Positions 25,929 to 37,514 of a stretch of 64,000 bases of DNA are shown here, piece by piece. Numbering within the stretch: the first letter of the stretch is position 1; the number at the start of each line of letters is the position of its first letter. The translations under genes were made by a program, and so were the position numbers. Below the pieces are notes generated by a model. The model was given only the letters and a program-made list of their open reading frames with translations, was not told the origin of the DNA and did not search any database. Source of the DNA: Camelus ferus (lineage: Eukaryota); contig NC_045703.1 in NCBI RefSeq assembly GCF_009834535.1, forward strand, positions 33,728,001 to 33,792,000. Reading direction: 5' to 3'.

Positions 25929-26082
25929 TTTTTTTTTTTTTTTGCTGGTGAAAACATTTAAGGTCTCTTCTCTTAATTATGTGAGGTGATGAATGTGCTA
26001 ACTAACCTTATCATGGTCATCATGGTCTCATGGTAATTGCATTATAAAAATGTATCAAATCATCTTGTTGTACACCTTAAAT
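25929..26082 (+). mobile_element. Short L1MA/MB-type 3' fragment with inverted 5' segment
   Basis: 25929-25974 is the reverse complement of aagagagtagatcttaaatgttctcaccac-polyA. 25975-26082 is the sense continuation (tatgtgaggtgatgaatgtgctaactaacc...gttgtacaccttaaat). Confidence 0.7.
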
Positions 26083-27029
26083 AAAAGGATCAAAAATGTT
26101 TCGTTGCACTTAAAAGACTCAATGTATGCCCTGTCACATAAAAGAAAATTACCTAATGTCTCCTTGATAATTATCATTTCATTTTTTATTCCAACTATGT
26201 AGGTAATGACACAACATACAAGATCACTGTATCAGAGAATTTAGAGTGGGTTTGCTATTCATTTACATAAATTATCACTTTCATTTTGTTTCTTGAAACT
26301 GACAAACTTCAGATAAATGCAGATTTAGTTTTCCTACTCTAAACTCTCTAAACCATCATTTTGAAATCAAATTACACAGCTTATGCTTAAAACATAAGGG
26401 CCAGATTCTATCTTCAAATACACCACCCACTCTCTAACAGCAGAATTTGGCCCTAAAAACCCATTAACAAATATTGTCATTAAACTAAAGAGCTAATTAC
26501 TTTGGATTCAGATGGAATGAACAAAATCATAGGCTAACCGCAGCTGGTAGTAATAATGGTAAGACTAACCGTATGTTACACTGGAGATTTAAAAAACACA
26601 GACTTGTTAACACTAATGTAACCAAACATATAAAATTATCTTCCAAATGGGGCAAACTATTGTAGTTAGAAAATTCTTGAAAACACATTGAAATTACATG
26701 ATACAAAAATGAATAGACTAAGGAATTAATTGTCATAATTCAAAATTGTCAGATTTTAATGCAGAGAGGAACTTGAGAAATTTATCTACTGCAATATTCC
26801 ACAAATGAAGAACTACATCTAAAAGTCATTTTGATCTATTTGGAAGTACCATTCAAATCAGTTTATCACTACAAGATGCAAGAGCCTGGCTTTAAGGCTA
26901 TTTTAAACAACTGTTAGTAGGACTACCTTATAGTTCTATGAAAGTGAACTTCCCAGAAAACTGAATTTTCTCAGCCTTTAAAAATATGTTAAAATTACAT
27001 TAATAATACACTTCAGCAAAAGTTTTATA

Positions 27030-27445
27030 AACCCTGAGAAGCAATAAAAATCAGACATAATTTCATCAAATGAGCATAGCCATCAATAATACTTTGATGT
27101 GTATGTATCATTTCAATTGTTTTCTTATGCATCTGTACCTTTTTTAATAAAAACGGGACCACATCACAACATGGTTTGTAACTTGTTTTCATTTTCAATA
27201 TGTTATGAGCACTTCACAACATCAGTGATTATACTTTTGCTACATAAATTTAAATGACTTACCAACTTTTTTTTTTTAATGGAGGTCCTGGAGATTGAAC
27301 CTAGGACCTTGTGCACACTAAGCATTTGCTCTACCACTGAGCTATACCCGCCCCACCCCCTACAACTTCTTAAATTGAGAATAATAAACATTTAGTCTTT
27401 TCGGGTATCTCACAAACATCATTATTAACACTTTCACAATAATAC
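27030..27445 (-). mobile_element. Old L1 (L1ME/MC-like) 3' remnant hosting a SINE
   Basis: catagccatcaataatactttg...aaaacgggaccacat...acttgttttcattttcaatatgttatgagcac. Confidence 0.5.
27267..27360 (-). mobile_element. Camelid tRNA-derived SINE (Vic-1 type)
   Basis: Reverse complement GGGCGGGTATAGCTCAGTGGTAGAGCAAATGCTTAGTGTGCACAAGGTCCTAGGTTCAATCTCCAGGACCTCCATT-A11, with Pol III A box (TAGCTCAGTGG) and B box (GGTTCAATC). caactt is duplicated on both flanks. Confidence 0.9.
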
Positions 27446-28166
27446 TAATGCTCCCCGGAGACTCTTACATATTTAAATCTCCTTCCTCCTTTACTGAATG
27501 GTCCCAGATGGCTCTACTGTTCTCAAGCCCTCGCTTAATTACTTTTAGTTCTTTTTCCCTCTCAATATCAGATTTCCAAATACAGCTAACCCAGCCTGCA
27601 ATAAACCTGAATTTGTTCTTTTCGTTTCTAGGTTAATGACATGGTAGATTATCTACTGACAACTAAAATAATGCATGATTTCAAATTGAATTACATTTAT
27701 AAGTACCCAGGTATTTTCTTCACTTCTTCAAACTTCATCTTGGAGGAAAATTTCCTCCTACCTTTCTTACCCAAGAAATCATTATTGCAGAACACTTGGC
27801 TAGTTTCTCCTTGTCAATAGGCCATACTCGACCAGATTGCTGCTTACTGATCTTTGTACAAAGCGTTTTTACAGCAAGTTTGGAAGAGAAAAGACTGCTG
27901 TGATATGTGAGGGGACCAGACTATAAGATCTCAGTGGTCCATTTCTATTCTAAAACTTAATGCTTCTATAAAGTTTCTGTAATGTATTCTTTTGTTGTTT
28001 ATTTTACTTCCTGAGCATGGAGGCTGTTTCACTCAGGTTCCTTAAAACTACATTGTAAGTTTTCTTTAGGGAGTCATGATTTAAGATAAATACACCAATG
28101 ATAATGAATGTGACTCACTTGAGGACACAATTTCATTGTTTCTCCACCTGCTCCTCTGCAAAGGAA

Positions 28167-28295
28167 NNNNNNNNNNNNNNNNNNNNNNNNNNNNNNNNNN
28201 NNNNNNNNNNNNNNNNNNNNNNNNNNNNNNNNNNNNNNNNNNNNNNNNNNNNNNNNNNNNNNNNNNNNNNNNNNNNNNNNNNNNNNNNNNNNNNN
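28167..28295. other. Assembly gap (129 N)
   Basis: Run of N. Confidence 1.
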
Positions 28296-28639
28296 TCTGA
28301 AATTGAAATAATATAGAAGGTCTGCACTAAAAGCTTCTTGGAGTCGTATTTGGGGACTCTGTTGAGCCATAAACTTGTGTACTATATATTTAAGGATTTT
28401 ACCATCTTGTGTACCACAAATTTTAGGATTTTTATTTACCAGGTATGTCAATCTTATTATTGAGAACAGTTTTGACAACAAATGCATGCAAAAATTAAGT
28501 ATTATAGTTAATGCAATTCTGTAAATATTGACTTTTGGTTACTTGAAAAAAGTCTTGCTTTATTTTATGCATATGACTATATTCATTTTCCTTCTGTAAT
28601 ACTAATTGCTAATATGGTTAGCTAACACATGCTATAGAG

Positions 28640-28810
28640 ACACACCTCTTGTTAAGGGTTTACTTTTGCCTTTTGATATTTTATGGACAAGAAATTCTAC
28701 ACAATATGAACAAGTGCAAACAAAGACTGATAGAGAAGAAAATAGCTATAAGCCTGAAATTCAAGCAAAGGATTTTTACGAAAAACGTCACTGTTCACTA
28801 TAAAAATGAT
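28640..28810 (+). pseudogene. Possible fossil hAT (Charlie-type) transposase C-terminal remnant
   Basis: Frame-hopping reading LLLPF..., NMNKCKQRLIE, SYKPEIQ...RHCS resembles the hAT dimerisation-domain tail (LLPFxSTYLCExxFS, KSKYRSRL, ...HxSH*). Heavily decayed. Confidence 0.4.
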
Positions 28811-29208
28811 ATCGTATTGAACCTTTGAAAACCATCACAGTTTAAGATCCAGATGTGTCCTTACCAATTGCTTATTTTACTGGTTTAAAAAAAGGCAAAC
28901 ATTTTATAAACATAAAACTGCAAATAATAAAGATGAAGTTGCTAAATGAAATATAGGAAACAAAAATAAAATAAAGTCAATGAATGTCCATGTAACACAT
29001 ATATCACATGATTTCTAAGGTTTAATCTGTAGAGGAAAAAATAGTAACCAAATGTGTATTAAGCAGATCTGTTCTTTTGAAATCTAAGGCTTAGTTTCCA
29101 AAATGAAGAGAAACAGAAAAAAACTCTTCAAAAAATATAGAAATGCTTAGCCAACTCTAGTAATAATTCATTATTTTCATCTTCCAGATATTTCTTAGAA
29201 TTAGATCC

Positions 29209-29270
29209 AATAAACATAAACATCTGAATAAATTAAAACAATAACCATAAACATCTGGATAAATTAAAAC
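29209..29270. repeat. 31-bp tandem duplication
   Basis: aataaacataaacatctgaataaattaaaac / aataaccataaacatctggataaattaaaac (2 mismatches). Confidence 0.95.
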
Positions 29271-29579
29271 ATTACTTGGGACAGAGAAAGAGCTGAGGAG
29301 AACAATGACAGGATTGTCACTCTAAAGGATTGGGACATCTGGGAAGTAGCTTATCATTACTGAACTTTAAAAAGGAATATTAAAGAGAATTAATAATTCA
29401 ATTTAGGGGGTCAAAAGGGATCACTAGTTTAGCGTCTCTGTGCTAAATATGCCTTCCCTATTTATTCTTGTGATTGAAGAAAACAACACAAAATCCCATT
29501 TAATATAAAGTTCCAAGATTAGAAATACCTTATTTTGAATGACTATTTCTGTCTCTCAAAGGCCCAAGACCCACCTACA

Positions 29580-29730
29580 CCAGAATCACTTGAGGCTGAG
29601 TAACTGTAAAAATGCAGATTGCTCGACCATATGTCAGACATAGGGAGTCTAAATCTCTCTGAAATATGCCTAGGAATCAGCATTTTAAGAACCTCCTCTC
29701 TTATGCATATTAAAATTTGAGAACCACTGT
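29580..29730. mobile_element. MER5-family hAT MITE
   Basis: gaatcacttgag...aaaatgcagattgctc...cctaggaatcagcattttaag...ttaaaatttgagaaccactg. Confidence 0.75.
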
Positions 29731-30944
29731 GTGTCATGCTTTTTTGTGCGTGAAACTGATTATCAGGTATCAAGATAACTACTGTCCCTTGCTTGTATTT
29801 ACATTACATGATATGTTAACAACTTTTAAACTTTGTATTTTATTTCCCTTTTCTTGTGGCGGAACTGCACATAGCTGGCTATTTTCCTTATATTCAATAA
29901 CTTCTTTTACTTTAATATATTTTATTAAAATATATTAAGTATTCACTTTTGATGTAATTAAGAGTTACACAAGAATATGAGTTACTTCCAGAATTCACTT
30001 ACCTTCAAATCCTTATGCTTATTCAGAAAGTTCTGGGCATAGACTGTGGAAATTTTCAAGAATATATGCAGTGGCTTCTCTGTTTAATTTCAAAGTGTTT
30101 CAAGGCTGGCCAAGGAGACTCCGGAGGTGGACACCAGAAATGCCATTGAGAAGCGAGGAAGACATCAACGCTGAAGCCTCTGCGTACCTGATTATCTCTG
30201 AACAGAACAGAAAAACAAGTAGTTGGTCACCTGAAATTCATGGAGAATCTGCTATGGAGAAGGTTATTTTCAGTAAACTAGCAGTGTTACTAAATTTAAA
30301 CTTGGCCAGGGCTTGCCGCTCCCTGATTTAGCACAGTTGTCATTTAAAATTTCATGTCATTGTGAAGTCAGAATTGCATGATGCTGCTGCCTGCAGAGGA
30401 TTCTGGTTGAATTCAGACGGCTTTAATTGACTATTTTTTCCAAACATTGCATCAAGTGGTATAATTACTAATTTTATTTTTGATATGTAGGTGCTACATT
30501 TTGGTGCTGAATTTCTTTCTAAGTCAAGGTTGATGAGGTCTCTTGGAAATATATCCTTACGTGAGACTCTATCACACCTCTTAAAGGATAAAATGTGATA
30601 CTTTTACAAAATCCCCATGGAATCATCTGGTACTTTAGCTATATTTTCTTTCACAAGGGTAATGCTTGTCAAGATAATTAGACACAAATAAAAATAATAT
30701 CCTTTGCAGTCAGTATGTGTTGCCTACTCAGGGAAACCAAAATTCTAGCTTCTTTACTGAATGAGTTAAGCAGATGTTGTGGCTAATGGAAAAAAGAGAA
30801 TAAAACATCTATTCTTAAAATTGGTAATTAATCATGCAAATATTCTCCTAAAGGCTAGAGGGAGCAAAATATACAGATAAATACAAAGTCAAATAAAAAA
30901 TGAGCATAATATACATGTAAGCACAGAGGATACTGTAAAACAAC

Positions 30945-31400
30945 AGGTTTTCATGCAAGACCCCATTGCTTGGTCGCCAAAAACCCTTCCCAACTTTATT
31001 CTTGCTTCTTATGTCTCACAAATAAAGAACGGAAAATCAAATGTTCACTCTCCTGGTCTTCTTTACTGCTAAGAGTGGTCATGTGACCCCATTCTGGCTC
31101 CTAAACTGTAAGAAGTACACTGGGTAAGAAATCAAGCAAAATTTTATTTTATTGATAAATAGAAAGATTCCTGTTCCTCTTCTTTTTACCACATAATTGC
31201 TTGCCTTGAATGAGGCTGTGATACTTGGAGGTACAGCAGTCACCTTGTCACCGTGATGTAAAACACAATGGAAATCCAGAGAAACACAAAGATACAGACC
31301 TTGTAACTGATAAGCAGCTGAACCAACAGGACTCACTGTTTCCTTTGGAATTGTACTCGTTTAAACCAGTGGGTTTTCTATTGCTTGCTAACAGGAATCA
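30945..31400 (+). mobile_element. MLT1 (ERVL-MaLR; J/K/L-like) LTR remnant
   Basis: gagtggtcatgtgaccccattctggc...tgaggctgtgatacttggaggtacagcagtcaccttg...gtttaaaccagtgggttttctattgcttgc. Confidence 0.65.
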
Positions 31401-31449
31401 TAGCAGTGGTGCTTACTTTTTAACAAATGTTTTCTGAGCATTTGGTCAA

Positions 31450-32255
31450 CCTGCAGTGATTTTTGTTAGCAAGCAACCTTAACAAGCCAATGATCTCCAT
31501 TCTGGGGTTTTTGTTGCCCTATTATGTTTAAAAAAAGAAAAAAGACAAAAAAACCCCTTTGTTTTTCTCGCTGGACATGAGCATATGAACACGTAGCATC
31601 TGGAACTACTGGCAATCACTTTGGGATTATAAGAGGAGAACCTGCCAGAATTTAGTCAACATCAAGGAAATAGCTGTAAAATAGCAGAAGAGGATCTGTG
31701 TTTTGAGCGTCTTGTTTCAACCCTGGACAGAGCCTTGCTTGCAGGTAGAATACCCTGAAATTTTCAGTTATGNNNNNNNNNNNNNNNNNNNNNNNNNNNN
31801 NNNNNNNNNNNNNNNNNNNNNNNNNNNNNNNNNNNNNNNNNNNNNNNNNNNNNNNNNNNNNNNNNNNNNNNNNNNNNNNNNNNNNNNNNNNNNNNNNNNN
31901 NNNNNNNNNNNNNNNNNNNNNNNNNNNNNNNNNNNNNNNNNNNNNNNNNNNNNNNNNNNNNNNNNNNNNNNNNNNNNNNNNNNNNNNNNNNNNNNNNNNN
32001 NNNNNNNNNNNNNNNNNNNNNNNNNNNNNNNNNNNNNNNNNNNNNNNNNNNNNNNNNNNNNNNNNNNNNNNNNNNNNNNNNNNNNNNNNNNNNNNNNNNN
32101 NNNNNNNNNNNNNNNNNNNNNNNNNNNNNNNNNNNNNNNNNNNNNNNNNNNNNNNNNNNNNNNNNNNNNNNNNNNNNNNNNNNNNNNNNNNNNNNNNNNN
32201 NNNNNNNNNNNNNNNNNNNGTTAATATCTCTGTTACTTGCAACCAGAATCTTTGC
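31450..32255 (+). mobile_element. MLT1 LTR remnant spanning an assembly gap
   Basis: gtagcatctggaactactggcaatcactttg...ccctggacagagccttgcttg...ttttcagttatg, then after the gap tctgttacttgcaacc. Confidence 0.6.
31773..32219. other. Assembly gap (447 N)
   Basis: Run of N. Confidence 1.
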
Positions 32256-32449
32256 AATCTATTTATATTTTTATTGTGTTCCTATCATTTCATTCATTTC
32301 TATCTCTGTCTCTGTTTAATCTATATTCTACCTTTTTTCATGACCCAGTCCTCTCCCCTATGAAATGTTTCCAGAGTCTTCTAATTCATTGTGAAAGAAC
32401 CCTAATCTAAACACATTATTTTACATTCTATATACTAATAAGAGAGCTC

Positions 32450-33243
32450 ACCAAGATATATGATGCTATCATTTGATGATGACTCTCAAATTTTATCTTA
32501 AGCTTAACATTTTCTTCTCTTATTTCCAGACTTTTATCTCTAACTGAATAGTTGACATCTCAACTTGAATGTCTTGAAGGCTCCTCCAACTGAATTTTTC
32601 TATAACTGGACTCATTTAAAAACTTCCTCTCAAATACACCTTTCCTCCAGTGCTCCTTGTTTTTGTAAACAGCACCATCAGCCATCACGTAGACAAGCCC
32701 AAAAGCAAGGTCTTCAACCTTTAAAAAAGGAATCAGAGTAGATTTAATTCTTCTTTTCTCCCTTATCCCTATATCTGATCATCGAATCCTTTTGATTTTG
32801 TTTTGTAGATAACTTTCAAATCTATCTATTTTGTCCCCTTTCACCCTTTATCTTCCTCTTTCCTTTTCTCCTCCCCTACCATCACCACCACCACTAACAC
32901 CTTGTCTGTTGCCTGGAATACTGCATGGCTTTTTTCTGCCTCTCATCTCACATTTTGTTTCCCTTCACTAAATTCTCCTCATGCCATTTAGAATGACCTT
33001 TTAAAAATATACAACTGATTACGTCAATCCCTTTTTAAAAGCCTTCAGTGCTTTCCCATTGTTCCTAGGATAAAGAACAAGGGCTTACATCACCCAACTC
33101 CTACCTAACTCTCTCTCTTCATCACCCTAGAGGAAAGTGACCATTTCTATTTTTAAATATCCTCAGTTTAAAAATGTGCAGCATTCAGTGTAGTGCTTAG
33201 CACATAGTAGGCACTCAGTAAATATCTGTTGAATGAATGAACA
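32450..33243 (+). mobile_element. L2 LINE 3' fragment
   Basis: gatgatgactctcaaattttatc...tgcctggaatactgc...cttagcacatagtaggcactcagtaaatatctgttgaatgaatgaa. Confidence 0.85.
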
Positions 33244-36200
33244 ATTTCCTTGCAATAACTCTTGAACCATGAATCACTTTGAGTTATTATTTTTTCCTGT
33301 ATATTTTACTTTCTGAATTACCTACAAGTACACTGAAGGCAAAGAAATGTCATATTTCTTTGTACTCTGTAGTAGAATGCTATGTAAGTAGTAGGGATTC
33401 AGAAGATAGTCAACTGGATTGATACTGATGTTTCGACTCTGATTCCTTTTTAAAAGGATAAGGTTGAAAATTAACAAGGGGAAACATGTTATTCTGTCAA
33501 AAAATTGGAAGTAAAAAATAGGAAACTTGTTTCTGATCCCAATTCTATAGAATTTGCATAGATTAATTATAAAGAAACCATACTTCTGCATGAGCTGGAG
33601 AAACTTTAGATAAGCCCTGAGTTATGTGGACAGACACTCAAACATGCTGTTTGTTATTTTCACTGTCATATTTTCAAGTATTTTATATTTCTCTTTAGAA
33701 ATATTTTATCTTTGAAAAATATAAGCAAAAATTCTGTACTTTAAATAATTAACAGCTGAAGTCTTTTTGAGTAAAGACTGATTGTTCTGGAAAATAGTTA
33801 TCCCCAGTACGAATTAATTCTTAGTTATTGGATATTTACTGGAAAAGGGCAAAAAGAACTTCAGAGATTCCAAGGCAGGGATGAAATTTTAGCCTATACT
33901 ATCTCTACTGACATTATCCTAAGTAAGAGGTTTCTTAGGGTCACCTAAAATTAGAACATACACTGGAGTCTAAAGGTAATGAAACAGTGGGGGCTGTGAG
34001 TGTATTAAACATGAGGACAAGGGGGGACATGTTTCTCAGTCTTCTGACTGTGTTAGTTGTAGCCAGATAATGTTTTCTAAGTCGAAGAATGGTAGAATTA
34101 GAATTGAGGGAGTCCAGAGGAGGATGGGGCCAGGACATTTAAGAGTAGACAATGCAAATTTTAGGCCTGAATAAAATTCTTCAGCAGGCTTAAATTTCTG
34201 TTTCTTAAAAACTAGTTGAATTTGCCTAAGGCGTATTTATACAAGAGGTAATTGCCTTTGGGCTTCTATGGGCTTGTTGTTCAGTTATAAATATCTCCTA
34301 GTTTTTTCAGGGTATTGAATCTGCTACTTTGTTAAATTTAAAAAAAAAAAAGGAATGGAAAGGAAAAAATGTAAAAGGAACTCTCCTGAACAAAATGCAT
34401 TTTTGAGAATGACTACAAATAAAAATCAGAGGGCAGGCTGTTTTACAAATTTTCCTTAGGGTATTAAAAGGTATTTTAGGAAACCAGTGATTTGTGATTT
34501 AATATTCAACTGCTTTTCAAGCAAAATAAGAAATTCCACCAGGATATAGTCATGATTTCTTTTCTCCTGTAACCTAAACTCCAAAGGATAGGCTGAAATG
34601 GCACTCTTTATTTTGCTTCTCTTTGTAGAAATAAAAAATGAGCTTAACTGCACGATGGAAGGATAGAGTCTTATGCTCTGCCTCTTTAGACATGCTCTTT
34701 TCTGTATAAGGGAAAAATGATTTTCAGTTGTTTATTTCACTTGCTAAACTTTTATGTTTTATTTGTTAATTCCTGAATCTATTGGCAAGATTGTATTTGT
34801 CCTTTTGGGTGATAGTTGACATATGTTCTATAATTATACTGCAGGTCTTTCGTATTTCTTTTAAAAATGATTCTTTAAAGAGAATGAGATTGCCAATGGA
34901 TGTCACAGCCACTCTATAATGCAAGTAGTGCAGTTTTAAAAAACACATGGAATAAAGGCATTTATAAATGCTGAAAAAAAGAATATAAGCTTCCCTATTT
35001 ATGTATATTTTATGCAGGTTTTCCTCAATATTGAGTAGAAATGTAAAAAGTTGTATTTATCTACCTCTGGCTCAAAGATTGAGAGTACCCTATAACAGCA
35101 TCTATTAATAAGTAAAATTCTCCCTTATAATTTTGAAAACTTCCTAAGGAAACAAGAGAAATAATATCGTACGAGAATTAAATAAGTAAAAGCTACACAT
35201 GAGTCATCCACAATTACCCCAAAACAATCAAACTTCTGTGATTATCTCCATAAAAGAGCAATTGACGTGCTTGGGAACACCCAGTCCTCCATTAACAAGA
35301 TCTGGAAATAACATCATTACAAGGAGACAGGACTGGAATGTGACTGGAGAAGCTGAAATTGTACCCTAACAGGGAGGGGGTAGCTAGGTGAGAGCTGTAG
35401 ATAAAGTTTTGTTCTTTCTTTATAAGGGGATTCATCTCCCGCAAAGTAATCCCAACACAGAAGCCTCTAGTGCTGCGGAATGTGGATGGACCACCACTAG
35501 CTTTGAGAACGAAGAAGAGAAAATCCAGGGATCAGAAGTTACTCACGTGGATCAGGGGTCTTCCATTCTCTCGCAAACTAGAGAAGTCACTTCTTTAGAG
35601 GATTTCTCACACTTTCCTTTGGTCTGAATGGCATGACCCTCACAACCACCCATGTTTACTGGTCCCCCTGGGACTTCCAGGTTAGAAGGAGGCACTGGGC
35701 ACAAAGGACACCAACATTTTGGACACAGGAGTAGAGTGGCTTCCCCATTCATGAATTGATCCCCTAGTTCAGGTACTTCATTCAGTCCCTTATGAGTGTG
35801 ACAAGAATGAGACTGCCACCCTGAGTCCGATTCTAAGGCTGGCAATGCAGAGACTCATACTCTGAGCAGTGGTCAATTCCATCAGAGCAGTATGGTGCTC
35901 ATCATGGACTTCCACTTGGCCTGCTCCTTCTAATGCATTCTGATCTTCCTTACTTTGCAGTTGTGCCATGGGCATTTCTTCAGGCTTTAAAAAAAAAAAA
36001 ACCCAATCATTGAAACACCTGCTATTTATGAACTTCTTTATTCTTTATATTATGGAGATAATTAGTACAAATCACACAATTCACATGAGGCAATGCCCAT
36101 TTATAAACATAGACACTCAGTTCAACTATCTAATTAGGTAAATAAGTCCTTAGTGGACACTTGTAATAGGTTGAAAAAAACTGTATGAATGGAGATAGCC

Positions 36201-36752
36201 CTTCCCACAAATCCTAGAATATACTTAGAAGTTTTTTCTTATTTCAATATTTCTTCTTTACTCTCAACTATGTTAAACTGCACTGGTTTATTTATTTGCT
36301 TTTGATTAATAAGAGTTGAGAACAGGAACTATGCCTTCAATATTCCTCTGCCCATCTAGAATGTCTGGCTTCCAGTGTATGCTTAATGCATGATGATGAT
36401 CACTACATAAAAAATTTTGCATGAGTGCAAAAGAGAAAAATGTGTCTAGCCTTTATCTACTATCATTTTCATTTATTTCTGGCACTGGCAAGACAGAAGA
36501 TTTGCATTACTTCTGAGCATAGATATGATGCAGTTAGATATGCTTTTCCATCTCGGCACAAGATAAAATATATCCATACAACAATTGGTACTACAATTTT
36601 ATACTGAATTGAAATATTTTAGACTTTGATGGGTTCAACAGATACACACGCACAGAAAAGACAGATGTCAAAAGAACAGGAAAATGTTTAACTATACCTC
36701 TATCTTCAACACTGCTAACCGCGGGTCCGTGTCACTGCCTCTGTTTTCTCAG

Positions 36753-36767
36753 AATGTTTCTCAGGAA
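36753..36767 (+). other. Candidate 15-nt microexon (host gene unknown)
   Basis: CTAAC branch point (36715-19), UGC, pyrimidine tract, cag|AATGTTTCTCAGGAA|gtgagt. Confidence 0.25.
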
Positions 36768-37062
36768 GTGAGTTGCACATACTTTATATGATGATTTTCA
36801 AAATGGGGCTACATATGCTAAAGTGATTTAAGGGATCTTTTTGACTTACATAAAATGAAAGTTATAAATATGGTTCAAAAACTTCACAAAAACCAAAGAC
36901 TAATTTATTTTTGGTAGATGGCAAGGAGGCGAACTCTACTGAAAAATTAGGAAATCTGCGTGTTAATTTATACGACTGCCCAGCATAGTGGGTTGTTTTT
37001 CCTCAAGTCTATCGGACAGAAAATTTAAGAAGCCTGATTCCTTCTGTGAATCTTACCAACAG

Positions 37063-37137
37063 ATAGTTCAAATGAGTCAAAACTAACAAAAGATATTCGT
37101 ACTGGATTGCTACGGAATCGCTCTGAACTGGGGTCAG
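37063..37137 (+). CDS. Candidate 75-nt phase 1-1 internal exon (DSSNESKLTKDIRTGLLRNRSELGS); protein not recognised
   Basis: ttccttctgtgaatcttaccaacag| ... |gtaatg. Only one frame is open, it is frame-preserving, and it holds 3 CpGs in 75 nt. Confidence 0.3.
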
Positions 37138-37239
37138 GTAATGCAGTTTCTAATCTAGACTTGACAATGGCCTGAGATATACCATTTCTTTGGGAAGGGT
37201 TTTTATGTTGTCTATCCATACAGAAAGAATTGGACTAAG

Positions 37240-37412
37240 TCAGGCTCTTTAAAACCTTGGCTGTACTTTAGCATACACCTGCGTTAAAAAAAATGCCCAT
37301 CCCCAGGTCCTGTCCTCAAAGATGCTGGTTCAGTTGGTCTGAGGTTGGAAGATGGAACGTTGGAATTTCCCCAGGTGATTGTAATATGCAACCTGAATCG
37401 AGAATCACTGAC
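37240..37412. mobile_element. MER5A-type hAT MITE
   Basis: aaaaaatgcccatccccaggtcc...gattgtaatatgcaacctgaatcgagaatcactgact. Confidence 0.8.
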
Positions 37413-37487
37413 TATATGTCTTCTAAACACCATTCGTGCCTAAGAGTCTACGATTCTGGAGTTTCTGGGAAAAGTCTCTTTTGCTTT

Positions 37488-37514
37488 CACACACACACAC
37501 ATACACACACACAC
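37488..37514. repeat. (CA)n microsatellite
   Basis: cacacacacacacatacacacacacac. Confidence 0.95.

Noticed and set aside
27267-27360. tRNA gene (A/B boxes, cloverleaf-like 5' part); likewise 48542-48628
   Set aside because: The poly(A) tail, TSD and divergent 3' half show these are tRNA-derived SINEs, not tRNA genes.
31652-32363. Three ORFs of 173-201 aa
   Set aside because: Artefacts of translating through the 447-N gap. The same applies to ORFs at 17449-17739 and 28074-28487.
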